From: Candidatus Poribacteria bacterium
GTDB lineage: Bacteria; Poribacteria; WGA-4E; JAJDTR01
Direction: 5' to 3'
NCBI GenBank assembly: GCA_965222225.1
Contig: CBDCTK010000002.1
Location: 1,600,001-1,664,000, forward strand
DNA: 64,000 nucleotides
The notes beneath the pieces are model-generated. The model worked only from the letters and a program-made list of their open reading frames with translations. It made no database searches and had not been told where the DNA came from. Below, in pieces: positions 20,905-31,147 of the stretch (its first letter is position 1; every line of letters starts with the position of its first letter). The position numbers and the translations under genes are program-made.

Positions 20905-21909
20905 ATGAAATATGCCGATCTTTGTGAAAGAATTGCCCGAATTCCACAGGTCGATCTCGGACACTTTCCGACGCCGTTGGAAGATTGTCCGCGTCTATCT
21001 GAAAGATTGGGCGGTCCCCGTATCTTGATTAAACGAGAAGACTGTTCAGGTCTCGCGCTTGGTGGAAACAAGGTTCGACAGTTAACTTTCACAATAGGCG
21101 AGGCTGTACATCAGGGGGCGGACACAATAGTGCATGGAGCAGCATCGCAATCCAACCATTGCCGTCAAGCTGCGGCGGCATGTGCTCGACTCGGTCTGAA
21201 ATGTTATCTTCGCCTTGCACGCGATCATAAGAGTGTTGTACAGGGCAACCTACTGCTAGACCATCTCGCAGGAGCTAATGTTGAAATAGTTGATGTTCCA
21301 TTCGGCGATGAATTGCATGCAGTCAAGGAGGCGTTAGCGGAAGAATTGAAAGCCGAAGGATTGAAACCCTATGTTGTCGGTGGGCCGCATGCCGCGGCGC
21401 TGGCCGCAGTCGGTTTCACGTGGTGCATGACCGAAATCTACCAACAACAGAAAGCCTTGGGAATAGAGGCGGATTGGATTTACGCGGCCTCGGCAGGTGG
21501 TACACAGGCAGGGCTAGTCCTCGGGTCTAAAGCGTTAGGAATGAAAATAAAACCCTTTGGCGTTGCTCCACTTAGTTGGGATAACCGGATTGAGCGTATT
21601 CAACAAGCAGCGAACGCCGCTGCCGCGATTCTGGACCTGGATGTAGTTATTGGCGATGATGAAGTGAGAAACACCGATGCCTTCGTAGGACAAGGTTACG
21701 GTATGTTAACACCTGAATGCGCTGAAGCAATCAGATTGGTTGCACAAACGGAAGGCATCTTTTTGGATCCGGTATATTCGGGCAAGGCGATGGCCGGGTT
21801 AATTGACCACGTTGTGCGTGGACAACTCACCTCTGATGACACCGTGATTTTCCTTCACACGGGAGGCACGCCTCAACTGTTTGTCTACAATGAGGAATTA
21901 TGTGCTTGA
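20905..21909 (+). CDS. D-cysteine desulfhydrase / ACC deaminase family PLP enzyme
   Basis: PTPL, KREDCSGLALGGNKVR, QSNH, LDPVYSGKA and FLHTGG motifs. Confidence 0.92.
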   Translation: MKYADLCERIARIPQVDLGHFPTPLEDCPRLSERLGGPRILIKREDCSGLALGGNKVRQLTFTIGEAVHQGADTIVHGAASQSNHCRQAAAACARLGLKCYLRLARDHKSVVQGNLLLDHLAGANVEIVDVPFGDELHAVKEALAEELKAEGLKPYVVGGPHAAALAAVGFTWCMTEIYQQQKALGIEADWIYAASAGGTQAGLVLGSKALGMKIKPFGVAPLSWDNRIERIQQAANAAAAILDLDVVIGDDEVRNTDAFVGQGYGMLTPECAEAIRLVAQTEGIFLDPVYSGKAMAGLIDHVVRGQLTSDDTVIFLHTGGTPQLFVYNEELCA

Positions 21910-21935
21910 AGTTTAACTGACACGAGGAATAATAG

Positions 21936-23318
21936 ATGAAGAGAATAATCTTAGTCTTAGTTGCATTTCTTGCCGTGCAGAATTCCGCTTACGTTAATGG
22001 CAATACGCCACCAAGTTTTGAATCAATCCAATTTACGCCTATAGAACCGGCGCCGGCACGTGAGGCGAGTGTACTGACCGCTACCCCTGCAGGCTGGAAG
22101 GACGTGGACGGAGACGCCGAACAGTATCTGTATACTTGGTATAATCAGAATGGTCCGTTACGAGGGACGGTTGATTTCTCGAATGAGCAAAAGGAACAGT
22201 ATCCGGGCATTACTCCAGTGGATTTTTCATCACCACTGCCGCTACCTCGCGATCTAGAATTAACGGTGCGGGTTGCAGGAGTACAGAAAGGCACAGTAAA
22301 ATTTACCAGTCCGAGCGGAGTCGAGACGGTACGTAGTATTCCCGAAGATGAAGGGAGCAACATCAATGACAATTTCACTGTCAGTCTGGAGGAAGTCGGA
22401 GAGTACACAGTTACGGAGACTCTTCAGGCGATAATTCGATCGAAAGAAGGGCTGTTACCGTTCGAGCTGCAAGCAGGGGAACGCCAATTCAGTTGGACTT
22501 ATCTCAATCCTGTTCCCGGCGAAAGGCTCTATCGTTACATGACGCGGGTGCATCAAATCACTTTGACGGCTACCGGCGATTTGGCGGCTGACCTCGACAT
22601 TGCCAACCCCGGCGCAGTAGTTGTGGTTAACCTAGTCACCCAACGGGTAATTCTTCCCGGCTCAACGCTGAAAATCGACATTGATTACCAACTGGCATTT
22701 TCCAAGTATTCCTCTCTCACTCTGGCAGATACATCCGTCACCGAACGTAGCCTCTCAGGCGCCAACTTTGATGCCGGTGACGAGGTATATGTCATAATTA
22801 CCCCATATGATGGGAAGGATCGTGGTAATTCTGTTGAGAGCGACCGGATTCAAATCTTTAACACCCCGCCAACATTGAGCGGCGTTGAGGTTACCACGGA
22901 TGTGGAGCCGTCTGCAATACCAAACATTCTCACCGCTCTAGCGCGTGGATGGTCTGATGATGATGAAGATGCGGAACAAATTAGGTATCAATGGCACAAA
23001 CAAGATGATCCCATACTAAATGCGACGGAGGCAATCCTAACACGAAAATTTAGCGAGGGAGAGGTATTGTTCGTTGAAGCCACTCCTTTTGATGGTGTAG
23101 AAGACGGGGAAACTGTCAGGAGTACTAGTATCATTATTCCAAGTGGAGCTAAGTCCACAGACATAAACGGAGATGGCGTGGTCAACATTCTGGATTTGGT
23201 CTTCGTTGCGAATAACTTAGGAATGCAGGTCGTAGAGGGAACCAATTCTAGTGCCGACGTGAACAAAGACGGTGTGGTAAACATCCTAGATTTGGTGGCT
23301 GTCGCTGCTGATTTTTGA
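21936..23318 (+). CDS. Secreted protein with two NTPP-initiated Ig-like repeats and a C-terminal dockerin-like domain
   Basis: Signal peptide, repeated NTPP...D.D.DAEQ..Y.W...TP.DG pattern, and paired DxNxDGVVNILDLV motifs. Confidence 0.8.
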   Translation: MKRIILVLVAFLAVQNSAYVNGNTPPSFESIQFTPIEPAPAREASVLTATPAGWKDVDGDAEQYLYTWYNQNGPLRGTVDFSNEQKEQYPGITPVDFSSPLPLPRDLELTVRVAGVQKGTVKFTSPSGVETVRSIPEDEGSNINDNFTVSLEEVGEYTVTETLQAIIRSKEGLLPFELQAGERQFSWTYLNPVPGERLYRYMTRVHQITLTATGDLAADLDIANPGAVVVVNLVTQRVILPGSTLKIDIDYQLAFSKYSSLTLADTSVTERSLSGANFDAGDEVYVIITPYDGKDRGNSVESDRIQIFNTPPTLSGVEVTTDVEPSAIPNILTALARGWSDDDEDAEQIRYQWHKQDDPILNATEAILTRKFSEGEVLFVEATPFDGVEDGETVRSTSIIIPSGAKSTDINGDGVVNILDLVFVANNLGMQVVEGTNSSADVNKDGVVNILDLVAVAADF

Positions 23319-23406
23319 GAGAGCATATATTCGTCAATGAATCGTGTTACACGGCGCACCGCTCCCGCGGATTGACAGTCCCATCGGTCAAAACTTGAAT
23401 TCTGGC

Positions 23407-24483
23407 TCACTGGCTTTTGGGATGATGCCACCGGCGTAATGAATCTGATGCCGACAACCCGGCTTCTTGTCCCAACGCAAAAGCTGTTGCGATAAGATTG
23501 CGCTCTCCCGACACAATGTCACCTGCAGCGAACAGCCCAGGAATCGGATTGCCGTGAGAATCAAGTAGTTGTGCATCATCGTTGGTGATAATTAGCCCGT
23601 CCTCGTCTTTTTGATAATCCCAACCTTCAAGAAATTCCGTATTCGGGATTAACCCTTCATCGACAAGAAAACCGTCAAAATACGCCTCACTTCCGTCTCC
23701 CAATTCAAACCCCATCAGATTCGTCTTCTCGCCAATGTGTCTGAGAATCTTCGTCTCAATGATGTTGATGCCCCGCTCTTCGGTTTGCCTTAGGACTTCG
23801 GGTGACATTCCATGGGGACGACCATTCGTCAGAATTGTAATCTTATCGGTGAAATCTTGTGATCCGAACGCTACATCATATATGTAGTCACCAACACCGA
23901 CGATGGCGAGATGTTCACCAACGTGCAAATGCCCATCGCATCGGATGCACACGTGCCATCCCTTCCGATTGCCAGCGTAACGAAATACAGCAACATACTG
24001 TTGGTACAGTCGTTCAGCCTCGGGTTGGAACTCGATATCGGGCCAGCGATCATCAAAACCCGATGCAACCACCACAGTTCGAGATTTAAAGTGTTCAATC
24101 TCAGTTGACTTTCCTTTCTTACGTGCAGTGGTGGAGGCTTCAATGTCAAAACCGTCTCCTTCCCTCTTCAATTTAGTAATCAAGCCGTCGCGGATTTCAA
24201 TTCCTGTTTTGCGTTTCTCTCCGCGGATAGCGACGTCAGTCAACGGACGTCCTTCCATCCATTTCATCAATTCCTTGGCAAAATGCGGTCCGGTGACGCC
24301 TGGAAACACAGGCGCGTCCTCAATTTCGACAGACTTTGACCAGTATGCCCGCCCGCGGCTAAAACTCACTTTCCCAGCGTGAAGGACCAATACGTGTCGT
24401 GTTTGATGACTGGCGGAAATCGCCGCTTGGGCGCCCGCCGGGCCCGCGCCAATAACGGCGACGTCGTAAATAACTTCTGGCAT
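23407..24483 (-). CDS. FAD-dependent thioredoxin-reductase-like oxidoreductase
   Basis: IGAGPAG, VASG, CIRCDG (CxxC) and GLFAAGD motifs. Confidence 0.88.
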   Translation of the reverse strand: MPEVIYDVAVIGAGPAGAQAAISASHQTRHVLVLHAGKVSFSRGRAYWSKSVEIEDAPVFPGVTGPHFAKELMKWMEGRPLTDVAIRGEKRKTGIEIRDGLITKLKREGDGFDIEASTTARKKGKSTEIEHFKSRTVVVASGFDDRWPDIEFQPEAERLYQQYVAVFRYAGNRKGWHVCIRCDGHLHVGEHLAIVGVGDYIYDVAFGSQDFTDKITILTNGRPHGMSPEVLRQTEERGINIIETKILRHIGEKTNLMGFELGDGSEAYFDGFLVDEGLIPNTEFLEGWDYQKDEDGLIITNDDAQLLDSHGNPIPGLFAAGDIVSGERNLIATAFALGQEAGLSASDSLRRWHHPKSQ

Positions 24484-24606
24484 TGTGAATTAACTCCTCT
24501 TTCGAAATAGTTGCGCTGTTTGTGGAAGTTCAGATTATCGAATCTTCCAAGGGCGTCCTAAATTGGCCTCAGTGTAGCACTCGTCGACAATGTGCGCCAT
24601 CTCCGA

Positions 24607-25632
24607 CTATGCATCAAGACGGTAAACGCGAGTAGCAGTATCATGAAACATGGCGGTGCGTTCCGAGTCCGAATAACCTGTTGATAGCCGTTTGAAGGCA
24701 TTGTACATTACGTTATAAGAAAAGGATACTTTGTCAACCGGGAAATTGCTCTCGAACATGCATCGATCCGGTCCGAACTTCTCAACACAGTAATTCATAT
24801 AAGGGCTCATCAATTCGGCAAGTTCTTCCGAGCCGATTGGCTTTGCACGCGTATGCCAATCAAAGCCAACTTGTGGCATCCCCATACCACCAAGTTTTAC
24901 GTTGATGTTAGGGCATTCGGCTACGGCTTCGATGCCGGTGCGCCAAGTGGCAAGCACCTCAGCCTTCCGATTAGCGTACGGGCCGACGCCTAACACTCCT
25001 CCAATGTGATTTAGAATAATCGTCAAATTTGGAACTGCCTTAGCAAAATCGACCAACTCTAGGAGTTGTGGAAAATACAACCAGGCCTCCAAAGATATCC
25101 CCATACGCGCTAGTATCCGGGCCCCGGTGCGATAGGCGCTCGACTCCAACTGACCTTTAATATTGGAACGTGCCCTATTTGCGAACTCCGGATGAGGATC
25201 CCACGTAACAGAGTGACGAACACCTCGGAACCTGTTCGGACTAGCCGATTGTAATGCCTCGAGCACCGGCTCAACTCGATCGCCCAGATTCAAGTCTGCA
25301 CTGCCAACAATACCGGCAGCAACTCGACTAGAGCCGTACAATCCACTTGCACTGGCAGCGGCGAGTCCTTGTACGAATTCAACCTCCCCGACGGGACGCA
25401 TTTCCTGCGGTCCGTCTGCACGGTACATTGCACCCGCCTCAACAAACACAGTGGAACGCACGTTATGGCCGCTGTTAATATCGGCGATAAGTTCGTGAAG
25501 AAGATATCGATGATAGGGAATACGGTCAGTGCGAAAGTCCCAGTTGTGGTGGTGGGGATCGCAGATGGGGAGCTCAGGTTCCAAAGTCGGTTCTTGTGTT
25601 AAAGCAAGCCAATTATTATCTCCGAATGGCAA
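24607..25632 (-). CDS. Amidohydrolase family protein (Amidohydro_2 type)
   Basis: DPHHH, ILNHIGG and CMFESNFPVD motifs; TTG start with GGAGG RBS. Confidence 0.9.
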   Translation of the reverse strand: MPFGDNNWLALTQEPTLEPELPICDPHHHNWDFRTDRIPYHRYLLHELIADINSGHNVRSTVFVEAGAMYRADGPQEMRPVGEVEFVQGLAAASASGLYGSSRVAAGIVGSADLNLGDRVEPVLEALQSASPNRFRGVRHSVTWDPHPEFANRARSNIKGQLESSAYRTGARILARMGISLEAWLYFPQLLELVDFAKAVPNLTIILNHIGGVLGVGPYANRKAEVLATWRTGIEAVAECPNINVKLGGMGMPQVGFDWHTRAKPIGSEELAELMSPYMNYCVEKFGPDRCMFESNFPVDKVSFSYNVMYNAFKRLSTGYSDSERTAMFHDTATRVYRLDA

Positions 25633-25832
25633 GTTGCACCTCCATTTCCGTAGTCGGTAGTCACATCATATCACCACCGATTAGGTAATACACTTAATAA
25701 ATGACCGCCACTGCCGTCGATAGCAATACTGTGGGCGGGTGAGTTTTCTTAATCAAGAGTGAACATCCACTGAAATGTATTGTTGGTTGTCCTTTGTTAT
25801 AATGAGATTGCTGCTTATTGGTCTATGATGTG

Positions 25833-28004
25833 TTACGGAACGACTTCTGCAAGGTGAGCTGCAATCAAGACAAGATCGAGAATATTGATAATCCCATCAC
25901 CGTTGGCATCCGAGTTCGAATTTGACGGTTTTCCGAGTTGGGCGGCGACTGCGACCAAATCAAGCAGGTTGACAATCTTATCTCCATTCACATCGTAGAT
26001 TGCTGATCGATCAATAGTCACGAACCCATCGCTATAGACTTCAACAGTAGAATTTCTGAAGTCTCTAACGCTCGCGCCAAGATAGTATTTGCCTTCTTCA
26101 ACTGCGCTTGTGTCCCAGTTCCAACTAGAAAGGCCCGATGAAATCTGTGATTGAATCTCCACAGAATCGCCCAAGATCTGATCGGTGTCATAGAATAGGC
26201 CAATCGTAAAATCGTCCCCATTCAGATCAAATGCATTCCACGTAATCTCAAAGGTATCGCCTGCTACGGCGCCCTCGTTGGTAGGAGAAGTAAATTGAAA
26301 CGTAGGGGGGAAGTTTGGGCGAGAGAGCGTATGATGATTTGCGTAGATTTCCTCCAGTTCCTTTAACATCGGAAGATTCCGTTGGCGCCACGCCATTGCA
26401 ACGTCTGTGATGTTTTGCGGAGTATCATTCACAAAGATTTCCCAGAATGAATCTAACGCATCGCTGATGTTGTCATCGTCAACATCTGGGGCGAGATCGA
26501 TTGAGTCTAGTGTGTCAAATATATCCCACAGAATACTCGCGATAGTTCCTTCAACTATCTCGCCTCTGACATTCCGACCTGCTCCATTTACGTGTCCTGT
26601 CCACCACTGATTGGATTCAATATTCGGGGAATCTCTATCCCGAAATCCCGTAACGTTCAGGGCGTTATTGTCCACTGCGGCTTCCACAAATTCTGCCCAA
26701 CCTTCGTAGAATGCAAAACCTAAATTCGACACGGTCTCCACACGGTGCACACCAGGGTAATTATCTAGTGGCAAGACATCAAAATTGTAGCCATACGCAG
26801 CGGTCATCACCGCATGGGCATATTCGTGGAACATTATAATGCGTAGCCATTGGTGTTCCCCAAAAGCAATAGCAATCTGTTCCCGCATCGTTTGTTTCCT
26901 GCCATCGTCCATATAATCGAAATTGTAGTAAGAGATACTATATGGGCCGGGCCATACAACCTGTATGGGTCTGTCTCGTTCCCAACCCAATCGGTTGTAA
27001 AGAAAGGCGTGTGCATCTTGGATCGTGTTGAAAATGTGTCCAATCCCGCGATCTAAATGGGAATCATCAATGACTAGATTGATGACGGTTTCACCATCTG
27101 GGACATCGCTAACCGTTTCAGATTGCAAGGTGTACGTTTGGTTCATGTCATTCGATATTGAGAGCACGGAATTGTCAAATTTTAGAACAACATAGAGATT
27201 ACGGGGGCTACCATCGAGAAGGGATGGATGATTCAGACTATCGAAGTTGTACTTGCCTTGTTCATCGCCAAAGGTGCGACCGATAAGAGTGCTGCCAATA
27301 GTTTGATTCTCTAGGTACAATTGGATTTGGGGCCTTTGAACAGGCAATTCAATGAGCTCGTTATCGTCAAAATAGGAAATCGATCCTCGAATTATCAGGG
27401 TGTTATCAATCTGAGCGGATATGGATGGTAATTGGACGTGGGTTTGTAGCGGTAAGCTTCTGACTTCTTCATTGAAAGGCTCGGATCCAATTTCCGCACG
27501 GTTTGGAGTCACGAGAAGATACGTATAAAAATGTTGTACGATTCTTTTGCCATCAGCGGATGTGGTATAGATTGATGCTTGAAGTGGATAATTCCCAGGC
27601 GCTTTTATTCGCAGGCGTACACTGTATCGTTGTTCTGCCTCCTTGGACGGGAAATAAACATCGTCAAATTGATTCGGTGACTCCGTGACAATACCCCGTG
27701 GCGGACGAAACAGAATTCGGGCATGGACGGATTCGACGAGATTGGAGTGGATTGAGAGAACAAGGGTCGCACTGCCCCCAATTCGAGGCGCTCTCGTCAA
27801 ATACAACCTGCCATCAAATGATTTGAGACGGTGCCTTTCATGGGCGTTTCCAAAGGGGGAGGTGTGTTCACACAACAGGATGGCAAGGATCAAGAAATGA
27901 ACTAGCCGAGGGAAAATGGGAGATGTTGTGAGATGCCCAGAACTTAACAGGGATTCGGCGTCGAAATGCTTATGTTCTTTCACCGATACTTCATTGATGC
28001 CCAT
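25833..28004 (-). CDS. Secreted HEXXH metallopeptidase-like protein with C-terminal dockerin-like domain
   Basis: FHEYAH followed by AFYEGWAEF, and two DxNGDxxxNxLDLV repeats; start uncertain. Confidence 0.75.
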   Translation of the reverse strand: MGINEVSVKEHKHFDAESLLSSGHLTTSPIFPRLVHFLILAILLCEHTSPFGNAHERHRLKSFDGRLYLTRAPRIGGSATLVLSIHSNLVESVHARILFRPPRGIVTESPNQFDDVYFPSKEAEQRYSVRLRIKAPGNYPLQASIYTTSADGKRIVQHFYTYLLVTPNRAEIGSEPFNEEVRSLPLQTHVQLPSISAQIDNTLIIRGSISYFDDNELIELPVQRPQIQLYLENQTIGSTLIGRTFGDEQGKYNFDSLNHPSLLDGSPRNLYVVLKFDNSVLSISNDMNQTYTLQSETVSDVPDGETVINLVIDDSHLDRGIGHIFNTIQDAHAFLYNRLGWERDRPIQVVWPGPYSISYYNFDYMDDGRKQTMREQIAIAFGEHQWLRIIMFHEYAHAVMTAAYGYNFDVLPLDNYPGVHRVETVSNLGFAFYEGWAEFVEAAVDNNALNVTGFRDRDSPNIESNQWWTGHVNGAGRNVRGEIVEGTIASILWDIFDTLDSIDLAPDVDDDNISDALDSFWEIFVNDTPQNITDVAMAWRQRNLPMLKELEEIYANHHTLSRPNFPPTFQFTSPTNEGAVAGDTFEITWNAFDLNGDDFTIGLFYDTDQILGDSVEIQSQISSGLSSWNWDTSAVEEGKYYLGASVRDFRNSTVEVYSDGFVTIDRSAIYDVNGDKIVNLLDLVAVAAQLGKPSNSNSDANGDGIINILDLVLIAAHLAEVVP

Positions 28005-28705
28005 GTTGTTGCTAGTTTACCAATCGGTTGCACCGCGGTTTGAGGCCCGCTTTCAGCGATATCAAAATCTATCAGTTCGAAGATGACACCACTCGAATCG
28101 GTTGCTTTAACTAAGCCGATATCCGGAGCTAACCACATAGAGTTGGTCAATTCCAAATCTGCAATCGGTAGATTTAAGGTGATGTTCTGTTTAATATTCA
28201 AACAATTCTGGAAAGTACCTGCGGGCGTAGCCACATCCTCAATTGCGACAACCTCCGCCCGATTCGTCGATCGTACCTTCCCCACGACGGCAATCTCAGC
28301 GTCGCTTTGAACCGTCCAAGTCGAACCGAGATCTGCCGGAATTGGGAGAAAAACCTGTGGCGGTGAGTAATCAAATGTCACTTCCCCTATGATGGCGATG
28401 GCGACAACAGATCGGAAGAGTTTTATTCCGTCGGCTTCCGATTTCACCAAAAGTTTGTTGATGTTGCCATTTGTGTCTTCTTCAATAAGTCTAAGTTCTT
28501 CGCCATTGATTATCTCCGGACCTTTGATTGTAACAGTCCTTAGGTTCATTTTGTCAAGGCTCTGCAAGGTCCACTGGTTTCCGATGTCATCTGGATAAAA
28601 GTTCCGGCTATAACCCGTTGTGCTGAACCAAAGTGCCAGTGCGAGTGTGAACAGAAAATAGAACTGTATCCGGTGTCGGTATAATGTCAGGAACGGTGAG
28701 TTCAT
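27980..28705 (-). CDS. Secreted protein with C-terminal AVQPIGKLATTWASMK motif
   Basis: Signal-like hydrophobic N-terminus, TPAGTFQNC and WLAPDIGLVK motifs, GGAG RBS. Confidence 0.8.
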   Translation of the reverse strand: MNSPFLTLYRHRIQFYFLFTLALALWFSTTGYSRNFYPDDIGNQWTLQSLDKMNLRTVTIKGPEIINGEELRLIEEDTNGNINKLLVKSEADGIKLFRSVVAIAIIGEVTFDYSPPQVFLPIPADLGSTWTVQSDAEIAVVGKVRSTNRAEVVAIEDVATPAGTFQNCLNIKQNITLNLPIADLELTNSMWLAPDIGLVKATDSSGVIFELIDFDIAESGPQTAVQPIGKLATTWASMKYR

Positions 28706-28788
28706 GATTTTTCTCCAATTGTACCTGCTGCACAGTTTGCAACGAAGATTAATAGTAGGAATTAAGCACATCGCGAGTCTCCACAGTT

Positions 28789-29304
28789 CTAGCTTGCAAA
28801 CCAATATCCTAGCAGAATACCAACGCTAACTAACACGGCAGTAGCTCCGAATACTCCTAGTACAAGTTTCCATCTACGCGGTCTTTCAAGCTCTTCCTGT
28901 CGAGGTGGGTTCCAAAATTTTCCTACTTTGCCAGCTGTATCTCGCCATCGCCGGCGTTGACGCGAACGTGTGGCGGAATTACCCTCCCAGATTTCTTCTC
29001 TCTGACTCCGAATTTTTTGAATCATCTGCTGCGAGTTACTATAATTATTTGCTGAAACTGTGTTCCCACTATTTTTGCGTGCAATACCTTTCGCATTCAA
29101 CCGTGTTTGCTCAGATGGCCCCACACTCGCTTGTGAAGAAACCGTAGTCGGTTGGTTCTCATCCAAGCTGTCCGAATTGTCCGGCACTTTTTCCAAACTC
29201 TCCTCTGGTGCGGCACTTGGAGGACGCTTTCCTGCCCACATAGCCCGACGCTGTTCTTTGTATTTTTCTTCAAGTTTCTTTCTTTCCTCTTCGGTAAACT
29301 CCAT
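28789..29304 (-). CDS. Hypothetical tail-anchored membrane protein
   Basis: Charged, disordered body with a repeated QR..(M/I)W.G motif and a single C-terminal TM helix. Confidence 0.7.
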   Translation of the reverse strand: MEFTEEERKKLEEKYKEQRRAMWAGKRPPSAAPEESLEKVPDNSDSLDENQPTTVSSQASVGPSEQTRLNAKGIARKNSGNTVSANNYSNSQQMIQKIRSQREEIWEGNSATRSRQRRRWRDTAGKVGKFWNPPRQEELERPRRWKLVLGVFGATAVLVSVGILLGYWFAS

Positions 29305-29307
29305 ATA

Positions 29308-29691
29308 TTATCTCCGATCGATTTGCTCTAGTGTTACTATCTCCTCGTTCTTGACTTGCTTGAAGTTTGTCGCGTCTCCGAGGAGTTTACCGACAACGTT
29401 AACGGCGCTCGCTGGTCGGATCTCGTTCCCCCGACTCATTGGCGTGGGCCCGAAGAAGATACAGAATGCTTTACCGGGGGGCCAATACGCAATGTCGCCA
29501 AGTTCCACGATGTCTTGTTCGTTCTCGAGTTCTGCGTCCACCGGGATAGAGAAGTAAATCTCGTCTTCCCACGCGTTCCCTGCGGCAGTGATTGGCAATG
29601 CCTCCCATATCTGCGCCGCCGTACGTGAGTTATTAAGTTCAGCGTCCATCACGATGGATTCAGTCGTAATTCGCACCGTCTGTTGCGCCAT
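29308..29691 (-). CDS. Cyclophilin-like fold protein (DUF369-like)
   Basis: IWEALPI, WEDEIYF and GDIAYWPPGKAFCIFFGPTP motifs. Confidence 0.88.
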   Translation of the reverse strand: MAQQTVRITTESIVMDAELNNSRTAAQIWEALPITAAGNAWEDEIYFSIPVDAELENEQDIVELGDIAYWPPGKAFCIFFGPTPMSRGNEIRPASAVNVVGKLLGDATNFKQVKNEEIVTLEQIDRR

Positions 29692-30070
29692 GTGAAAGAC
29701 CTCCTATTAACTCGCCACGTATGTGGGACAACGCTGTTTCTTAGTTCTTCCTCAACCAAAATGCCCCGGTTTTGACATTGACTTTTCATCGTCATCTTGC
29801 AATAATATATGGTGTTATTCTATCATACACATCAGGTATTCTCAATATAGAAACAGTATTCGCACCATGGCCTACGGCCTTGTTGTCCGTCAATGTCTAG
29901 ATGTCGCACAACAGTCGTGGAAGAGCAAGCGCCAAAGTGAACATCAGCTGCAAACACGTCCGTGTTTTTGATTTTTTTAAGACAAAAGAGTATTTGACTT
30001 GAGCAATCGCTCGGTGCGATAAACTTACATGGAGTGATACTCATAGGAAATGGCTTAACTGAGGTTTGTT

Positions 30071-31078
30071 ATGGAATATAAATCGCTGGGACGAGCGGGA
30101 GTCAAGGTCTCCGAGATTTGTTTGGGAACGATGATGTTTGGCGGTCCAACGGATGAATCAGATTCGGTTCGAATGATTCATCGCGCACTTGATGCAGGTA
30201 TTAATTTCCTCGACACTGCAAATGTGTACAATGATGGTGAATCGGAGAGGATTGTGGGCAAAGCAATTCATTCGGTACGTGACGAGGTGGTAATTGCCAC
30301 CAAGGTGTGTGGTCCCGTGGCGGACGGTCCCAACCAGTCCGGATTAAGTCGCTATCACATAATGTTTCAGGTTGAGGAAAGCCTGCGGCGACTTGGTACG
30401 GATCGAATCGATGTGTACTATCTGCATCGCCCCGATCCAACTACGCCGATTGAAGAATCGCTGCGAGCATTGGACGACTGTGTAAGACAAGGCAAGGTGC
30501 GTTACATCGCTTGCTCAAATTTCGATGCGTGGCGAGTTTGCGAAGGCCTATCAGTTAGTGAACGAATGAACCTAGAACGCTTTGCGTGTGTACAACCCCT
30601 TTATAACATTGTGAATCGAGACGTAGAAGTGGAATTGTTACCGCTGTGTCAGCAGCGCGGTTTGGGCGTTGTTCCGTACAGCCCACTGGCGCGTGGCGTG
30701 CTGTCTGGAAAGTATCGTCCGGGGCAGTCGCCTCCAGACGGATCGCGAGCTGCCCGACGCGACCTTCGTATCCTACAGACTGAACTTCGTGAAGAAACCT
30801 ATGAGGTGGCACAACAGCTCATCCCGTTGGCAGAAGCACACAACAAAACGCTGACCCAGTTTGCATTGGCATGGGTGCTGGCGAACCCCATCGTTACCTC
30901 CGTCATCATAGGTCCAAGGACGATGCAACAACTTGATGATAATCTCGAGTGTTTAGACTGTGTCTTGAGTGACTCGGATGAAGACGCGATTAACCAACTC
31001 GTCCCTCAAGGCGAGCATACTGGTAAAGGGTATAATGACCCGGCGTACCCCGTGCTGGGGCGGCCGATTAGAGCATAA
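30071..31078 (+). CDS. Aldo/keto reductase
   Basis: CLGTMMFG, DTANVY, GKVRYIACSN and PYSPLARG motifs. Confidence 0.95.
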   Translation: MEYKSLGRAGVKVSEICLGTMMFGGPTDESDSVRMIHRALDAGINFLDTANVYNDGESERIVGKAIHSVRDEVVIATKVCGPVADGPNQSGLSRYHIMFQVEESLRRLGTDRIDVYYLHRPDPTTPIEESLRALDDCVRQGKVRYIACSNFDAWRVCEGLSVSERMNLERFACVQPLYNIVNRDVEVELLPLCQQRGLGVVPYSPLARGVLSGKYRPGQSPPDGSRAARRDLRILQTELREETYEVAQQLIPLAEAHNKTLTQFALAWVLANPIVTSVIIGPRTMQQLDDNLECLDCVLSDSDEDAINQLVPQGEHTGKGYNDPAYPVLGRPIRA

Positions 31079-31147
31079 GTCCAAATTCTGCCACGTGGAC
31101 GAACAGCAATCAAATCGGAACAACGCTCGATACAAAATGGGGATCCA

